DNA from: a candidate division WOR-3 bacterium
Lineage (GTDB): Bacteria; Hydrothermota; Hydrothermia; JBDRYB01
NCBI GenBank assembly: GCA_049969615.1
Contig: JBMFOM010000068.1
Span: 1 to 11,556, forward strand
Length of the DNA: 11,556 bases
Direction: 5' to 3'
Shown here: positions 7,256 to 11,556 of the stretch, piece by piece
Position numbering within the stretch: the stretch's first letter is position 1
Layout of the letters: each line of letters begins with the position of its first letter
The notes under the pieces: generated by a model
Told to the model about the DNA's origin: nothing
Database searches by the model: none
What the model saw: the letters and a program-made list of their open reading frames with translations, nothing else
Program-made: the position numbers and the translations under genes

Positions 7256-7353
7256 ACAAAGCCCCAGCAAAGGCCTTGAGAGTATTCATCTCCCATGGAT
7301 ATGGCGTTTTGTTATAGTGGGCATATTTCTCCAGTTATTTCTTGGGGGCGGAA

Positions 7354-8646
7354 ATGGGCGGAACAGTAGCCGCGGTAGCAACGCCGCCTGGCAGGGGTGC
7401 GCTCGCGGTGATCCGTATAACCGGACCGGAAACAACCAGCGTCCTATCAAGGGTATTTCGCGGGAAGACGGCTCCGGAACAGTTCAAGCCCAAAAGGGTT
7501 TATTTCGGGGACCTGATTTCGGCCGGACAACTGATTGACAGGGTGGGAATCGCATTCTACAAGGGGCCGGAGAGCTACACGGGAGAAGATATGGCTGAGA
7601 TAACCTGCCACGGAGGCAGGCTTGTGTCAGCGCTCATCCTGGAGGCGCTTATCTCATCAGGGGCAAGCCCGGCAGAACCGGGGGAGTTCACTCTCCGCGC
7701 TTTCCTCAACGGCAAAATAGACCTCGCCGGAGCCGTTGGCATCAACGCCCTATCGCTTGTAAAAACCGAAAGAGCGCATCGGGCCGCCATGAATAGAATA
7801 GCCGGGGAGACCGGGACGGCCTTTGTCCGATTCAGGGACGAGCTGGCCGGGCTCCTGTTAGAGTGCGAAGCAAGGCTTGATTTTCCGGAGGATGTGCCGG
7901 ACATGGACGAAAACGACTTCCGAAAAAGATTACTGGAATTACGGGGAAAGATAATGGCATTCCTGGGTTCGGCCGGTAGGGCAGAATCTCTCTGGGAGGG
8001 CGTCTCCGTCGTGATAGCCGGACCGCCGAACGCTGGAAAGAGCACCCTTTTCAATGCCTTGCTCGGATACGAAAGGGCAATCGTTCATCACGAACCCGGA
8101 ACAACCAGGGATTACATATCCGAGTCAGTAGAACTTGGAGGATATTTAATAAGATTATACGACAGCGCGGGAACCGGAGAATTCGGAAGCTCGGTTGATA
8201 GGGAAGCGGTTAACAGGAGCCTTGAACTGGCCAGAAACGCTGATATAGTCATTTATCTACTGGAGCCGGGGTCAGGGGCTGGGTATCCTGATGGCGAAAA
8301 CATCATCAAGGTCTGCTCAAAATCAGACCTTTTGAGAGGCCAGCCGCCCGCTGGGATCATCCCGGTTTCGGGTATTACGGGCAAGGGGTTGGAGGTCCTG
8401 ATCGCAAAAATAACCACCATGGCAGAGGGAATTGCCGGCGGAGAAGATGTGCTCCTGGAAAGGGAAAGGCAACTCCTGGCAGAGGCATGTGTTCGCCTTG
8501 AGGAGGCAGGAAGAGAGGGCCTCGGCCTTGAGCTGGTGGCAGAAAACCTCTGGTCCGCCGGCAGGGCGATGGATAGGCTTTTGGGGCTTGATCTTCCCCA
8601 GGATGTAATCCGGGGAATATTCTCGCGGTTCTGTTTGGGCAAATAG
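7354..8646 (+). CDS. mnmE: tRNA modification GTPase MnmE (TrmE)
   Basis: Motifs AVATPPGRGALAVIRITG, SYTGEDMAEITCHGG, AEPGEFTLRAFLNGK, G1 GPPNAGKS, GTTRD and C-terminal FCLGK. ATG 7354 is preferred over TTG 7342. Confidence 0.96.
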   Translation: MGGTVAAVATPPGRGALAVIRITGPETTSVLSRVFRGKTAPEQFKPKRVYFGDLISAGQLIDRVGIAFYKGPESYTGEDMAEITCHGGRLVSALILEALISSGASPAEPGEFTLRAFLNGKIDLAGAVGINALSLVKTERAHRAAMNRIAGETGTAFVRFRDELAGLLLECEARLDFPEDVPDMDENDFRKRLLELRGKIMAFLGSAGRAESLWEGVSVVIAGPPNAGKSTLFNALLGYERAIVHHEPGTTRDYISESVELGGYLIRLYDSAGTGEFGSSVDREAVNRSLELARNADIVIYLLEPGSGAGYPDGENIIKVCSKSDLLRGQPPAGIIPVSGITGKGLEVLIAKITTMAEGIAGGEDVLLERERQLLAEACVRLEEAGREGLGLELVAENLWSAGRAMDRLLGLDLPQDVIRGIFSRFCLGK

Positions 8647-8678
8647 GGATCAATCTAGATAACATTGCACGGCATGAT

Positions 8679-8702
8679 TTTGGAACCCGGCCGCCGTTAA
8701 AT
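8679..8702 (+). repeat. 24-bp direct repeat, copy 1 (upstream of the tRNA-Ser promoter)
   Basis: TTTGGAACCCGGCCGCCGTTAAAT, 21/24 identical to 8844-8867. Confidence 0.7.
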
Positions 8703-8704
8703 GC

Positions 8705-8733
8705 TTGATTCTGCGCAGGAAGTGGGCTATAAT
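8705..8733 (+). promoter_or_regulatory. tRNA-Ser promoter
   Basis: TTGATT 8705-8710, 17-bp spacer, TATAAT 8728-8733. Confidence 0.8.
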
Positions 8734-8745
8734 TTCCGGTTGACC

Positions 8746-8832
8746 GGAGGGGTGTCCGAGTCCGGTTGAAGGAGCACGATTCGAAATCGTGTAGAGGGAA
8801 ACCTCTCGTGGGTTCAAATCCCACCCCCTCCG
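8746..8832 (+). tRNA. tRNA-Ser(CGA)
   Basis: Acceptor GGAGGGG/CCCCTCC, anticodon arm CACGA-TTCGAAA-TCGTG (CGA 8782-8784), long variable arm AGAGG-GAAA-CCTCT, discriminator G; CCA not encoded. Confidence 0.96.
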
Positions 8833-8843
8833 CTCAGTCTATC

Positions 8844-8867
8844 TTTGGAACCCGGGCGCCGCAAAAT
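8844..8867 (+). repeat. 24-bp direct repeat, copy 2 (downstream of tRNA-Ser)
   Basis: TTTGGAACCCGGGCGCCGCAAAAT, 21/24 identical to 8679-8702. Confidence 0.7.
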
Positions 8868-8929
8868 CTGGGATAATAACTACCCATCACAGAGACGGGG
8901 TATCAACCTCAATCTCTGGAGGTTTCTGA

Positions 8930-10672
8930 TTATCTCCTGGTTCTCTTGCCTTTCTCCTCGTTTATGAAAACCCAAGCCACTATCTCACCTGGGTTAAAGG
9001 AATAATCAACTCCGAGGGTCTTCGGGTTGAGAAATCCCCTATCTTCCCGCGAGGAGCCGGAAAGTCCACGCTTTAGTCTCCGTGAGCGTGCCCGTGCGTC
9101 GGAGATTATTGCCTTGCACCGTGCCTGCCAGGCCTCGGCGTTTTTCGGCCTGGTATCAACCCAACCAGCATCTGCCCATCTCTCAACGTTCTGAGGGGTC
9201 GCTGGCATGGAACGTTCCCTGGGAAGGGGTATGACAACATGCGGACCAGCGAGGAGCTTGCCATCAGGCAATAGAACGGGGATACCGACAGAGAGGCAGG
9301 CCTGACGAACCTTGTCATCTTTCAGGATGAACTCGGACATAGCTTTTGATATATCAGAAGGCTCCGCGGCAACAACCTTCCTCATGTCACCGTAGGTCTC
9401 TTTTAGGATATGGGCCTCGTAAAGGAGCTTGGTGAGTCTCGGGGGGCCAAGTATCTCAAACGCAACAGAGGGAAACTCCTTGTTCTTCTGCTCCAGGGCG
9501 AGAAGCCTCTTTATCGCGGTATCCCTCAGGATGCCTCCCCTGTATGTCGGGCCCATAACAGAACCTTCCAAAGCGTCTATAACATCCCTACCGGTGTTCT
9601 GGCAGAGGGACTCGTATATGGCGTAATCGGCTATCTCCTCTGGAGTTATGTATTCCATCTGTCCTAGGGCTGATAGCGCGACGAACTCGCCCAAGGAGAA
9701 CAACCCGTTCTCGCCCGTGTCAATATAAACTGACTTAAGGGTCTTCCTGGTATTCTTGAATTTCACCGATTCAAGGGCCTGTGCTATGGATTCCTTTTCG
9801 GAAAGCGAAAGCGGCTCGTTGCTATCGTATATCTCTATGGGTTTGCCGCCCTTCGTTATCTTCCCTATGCCTATTCCCTGCCAGGCTATAGCGGCCGCTG
9901 GCTTCAGCTCTTTTATCGCGGGCGCGTCGCCTGCCCTTGACATTATGAAGAATAACATGCTCTGTGCGCCAGCCATTGCGGTCTTGGAGAGCAAAACACG
10001 AGAAGGTCTGTCCTCAGAATGGGTATAAGGTATGTCCCATCCCATTCCGCCTGTTCCGGTCGTACCTATTTTAACATAGAGCTCGGTACCAGCGTCCTTC
10101 ATGGCCCTTTTCAGTATTTCCATGTGCCTGACCAACTGTGGGGTGTATGCGGTGAGGAGGAACTTCTCCGCGTCAGTCTTGACATCCTTTCCGGATTTTA
10201 TCTCCTCGTAAAGGTCAAGCGCCGCGTCATAAACATTCTGATAAGCCAAGGCGGTCGCTGTATTGATAGAATCATAAACGATGTGGGGCTTAGCCTGCAT
10301 AAAAAGCCAGTACAGATAGGAGGCATGAATTATGTCATCGTTTATCTGCAGGTAGGTGTCTTCAATGAGGGTGCGCCTAGCCTTCTCGTCAGCGAGGAGC
10401 TCCGCCCTTGGGCTATCTTTGAACTCGGTCCTGACGAACACGTTTCCCCAGAATCCCGCGAGCCTTCCCTTTCGCCAACAAGGAACCTCGCCAATCTTTT
10501 CCTTTGTGGGTGTGCCCCTGATGAGGAGGTCAAAGGTTTCCGTGATCTCGTGTTCATAGAGGCCCAGTATGGTAACGCTGGAGGCCTTAAGCGCTAGGGC
10601 CTTTTCAGCTATTATCCTGCCAACTAGGCCCGTTCCACCCAAAATGAGGACATTTTTTCCCTTGAAGTTCAT
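8930..10672 (-). CDS. Uncharacterised 580-aa NAD(P)-binding Rossmann / atypical extended SDR-like protein
   Basis: N-terminal KNVLILGGTGLVG dinucleotide-binding motif, DSINTA strand, GTTGTGGMG loop; SD GGAG 8 nt upstream of the ATG. Function not recognised. Confidence 0.8.
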   Translation of the reverse strand: MNFKGKNVLILGGTGLVGRIIAEKALALKASSVTILGLYEHEITETFDLLIRGTPTKEKIGEVPCWRKGRLAGFWGNVFVRTEFKDSPRAELLADEKARRTLIEDTYLQINDDIIHASYLYWLFMQAKPHIVYDSINTATALAYQNVYDAALDLYEEIKSGKDVKTDAEKFLLTAYTPQLVRHMEILKRAMKDAGTELYVKIGTTGTGGMGWDIPYTHSEDRPSRVLLSKTAMAGAQSMLFFIMSRAGDAPAIKELKPAAAIAWQGIGIGKITKGGKPIEIYDSNEPLSLSEKESIAQALESVKFKNTRKTLKSVYIDTGENGLFSLGEFVALSALGQMEYITPEEIADYAIYESLCQNTGRDVIDALEGSVMGPTYRGGILRDTAIKRLLALEQKNKEFPSVAFEILGPPRLTKLLYEAHILKETYGDMRKVVAAEPSDISKAMSEFILKDDKVRQACLSVGIPVLLPDGKLLAGPHVVIPLPRERSMPATPQNVERWADAGWVDTRPKNAEAWQARCKAIISDARARSRRLKRGLSGSSREDRGFLNPKTLGVDYSFNPGEIVAWVFINEEKGKRTRR

Positions 10673-10695
10673 TGCAGTATCTCCAGAAGGCCATT

Positions 10696-10725
10696 ATTAT
10701 AGGGAATATCCCCATCAGGAGGCAA
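10696..10725 (-). promoter_or_regulatory. Promoter of the SDR-like gene
   Basis: On the minus strand: TTGCCT (10725-10720), 18-bp spacer, TATAAT (10701-10696). Confidence 0.7.
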
Positions 10726-11319
10726 TCATTTTTTCTCCGCATCGTGAAAAGGCCAGATCATGTTGTCCACCGCGGCCATCATTGAGCCGGCAAGGTCTTC
10801 ATAAACCTCCCCCCTTGACTTAGCCTCGTAGAGCATCTCCCCCGTTTCTGTGTTAACTATGCGGGTCTTTAGGACAACAACATAGTAGGCCCTCATCTCC
10901 GGGTCATTGGCCTCGTGCCCCTCCAGTATGCTCTGTATCTCCACTACACACACAGCCTCTGCGCCCATTCCAAGCGCTGTTGCTCTGGCAGTGCCCATCT
11001 CAGGCACAATCTCCCATCCTGGGGATTCCCTCTTGGTAACCTGCATGATGAGACTAGTGTCCTTGGTAACCACCTCAAAGGTCTCCAGGGAATCCAGTGA
11101 GCGCATCAGATAATCCCAAAGTATATCATAGGGCCTCCTAGGAAGATCGGAATATTGCATGTAACCATAGGGTGGCAGAACAACGATTTTCCAGGTCTTT
11201 TTGCCTGCCATCTCCCTGTAGAGGGTGTATTTCAGATAGTAATCGTCAATACCCCTGTGGCAGGAAACAGGGGCCGCGGAAGCCACCAGGAGCGAGACAA
11301 CTAATAATACCCTGCTCAT
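10726..11319 (-). CDS. Putative exported protein or lipoprotein with a CsgG/LpoB/TolB-N-like fold
   Basis: Signal peptide MSRVLLVVSLLVASAAPVS-C (imperfect lipobox). The segments KIVVLPP, LGMGAEAVCVVEI and LKTRIVNTETGEMLY match that superfamily pattern. Confidence 0.7.
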   Translation of the reverse strand: MSRVLLVVSLLVASAAPVSCHRGIDDYYLKYTLYREMAGKKTWKIVVLPPYGYMQYSDLPRRPYDILWDYLMRSLDSLETFEVVTKDTSLIMQVTKRESPGWEIVPEMGTARATALGMGAEAVCVVEIQSILEGHEANDPEMRAYYVVVLKTRIVNTETGEMLYEAKSRGEVYEDLAGSMMAAVDNMIWPFHDAEKK

Positions 11320-11328
11320 GTGCTACAA

Positions 11329-11357
11329 ACTATAACCCACTTCCTGCACGGGATCAA
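11329..11357 (-). promoter_or_regulatory. Promoter of the lipoprotein-like gene (near-leaderless)
   Basis: On the minus strand: TTGATC, 17-bp spacer, TATAGT. Only 9 nt separate the -10 from the ATG and there is no SD. Confidence 0.7.
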
Positions 11358-11365
11358 GTATTTTT

Positions 11366-11404
11366 GAGACCCCTGATAAAGTAGCGATAACTTACTGGTT
11401 TGGG
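11366..11404 (+). repeat. Second left end of element B
   Basis: 34/39 identical to 4882-4920; similarity starts exactly at the TIR GAGACCCCTGATAAA. Confidence 0.8.
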
Positions 11405-11479
11405 GGAAAGCCCCTGAATTTACGCGAGGCCAGCAAATCCAGAGACCATATGGGCCAGGTATCGCTGGAAACCCAGCGG

Positions 11480-11556
11480 CCCTGTTCGCTCAAAACTAAA
11501 CCCTAACCTTAGGGCCTTCAATCGCTCAAAATAAAAAACTAACCCTAAGCGACCAG
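11480..11556 (+). mobile_element. Second copy of the element A left end, truncated by the window edge
   Basis: 77/77 identical to 3393-3469. Confidence 0.85.

Noticed and set aside
8881-8924. Terminator between tRNA-Ser and the convergent SDR-like gene
   Set aside because: Only weak 5-6-bp stems with large loops and no clear U-tract.
8832-11556. Genomic island integrated at tRNA-Ser
   Set aside because: No integrase and no duplicated tRNA 3' end within the window.

Overview
Bacterial chromosomal window, probably from a diderm organism; an FCB/WOR-3-like lineage is a guess only. In order it carries: a strong sigma70-type promoter and terminator enclosing a ~125-nt unit with no normal ORF; a ~956-aa probable outer-membrane beta-barrel protein; a ~509-bp non-coding element with doubled terminal inverted motifs and a highly structured interior (element A); tRNA-Val(CAC) and tRNA-Val(GAC); the rpmH-rnpA-yidD-yidC-jag-mnmE cluster, with no dnaA or mnmG beside it; tRNA-Ser(CGA); and two minus-strand genes (an atypical 580-aa Rossmann/SDR-like protein and a CsgG/LpoB-like exported protein). 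The most notable signals are two MITE-like repeat families. Element A reappears as an identical 77-bp left end at the window edge. Element B is a 187-bp TIR-bounded element with a target-site duplication, inserted in frame and without a stop codon in yidD, with a second left end at 11366. Near-identical inverted promoters and direct repeats also surround tRNA-Ser.
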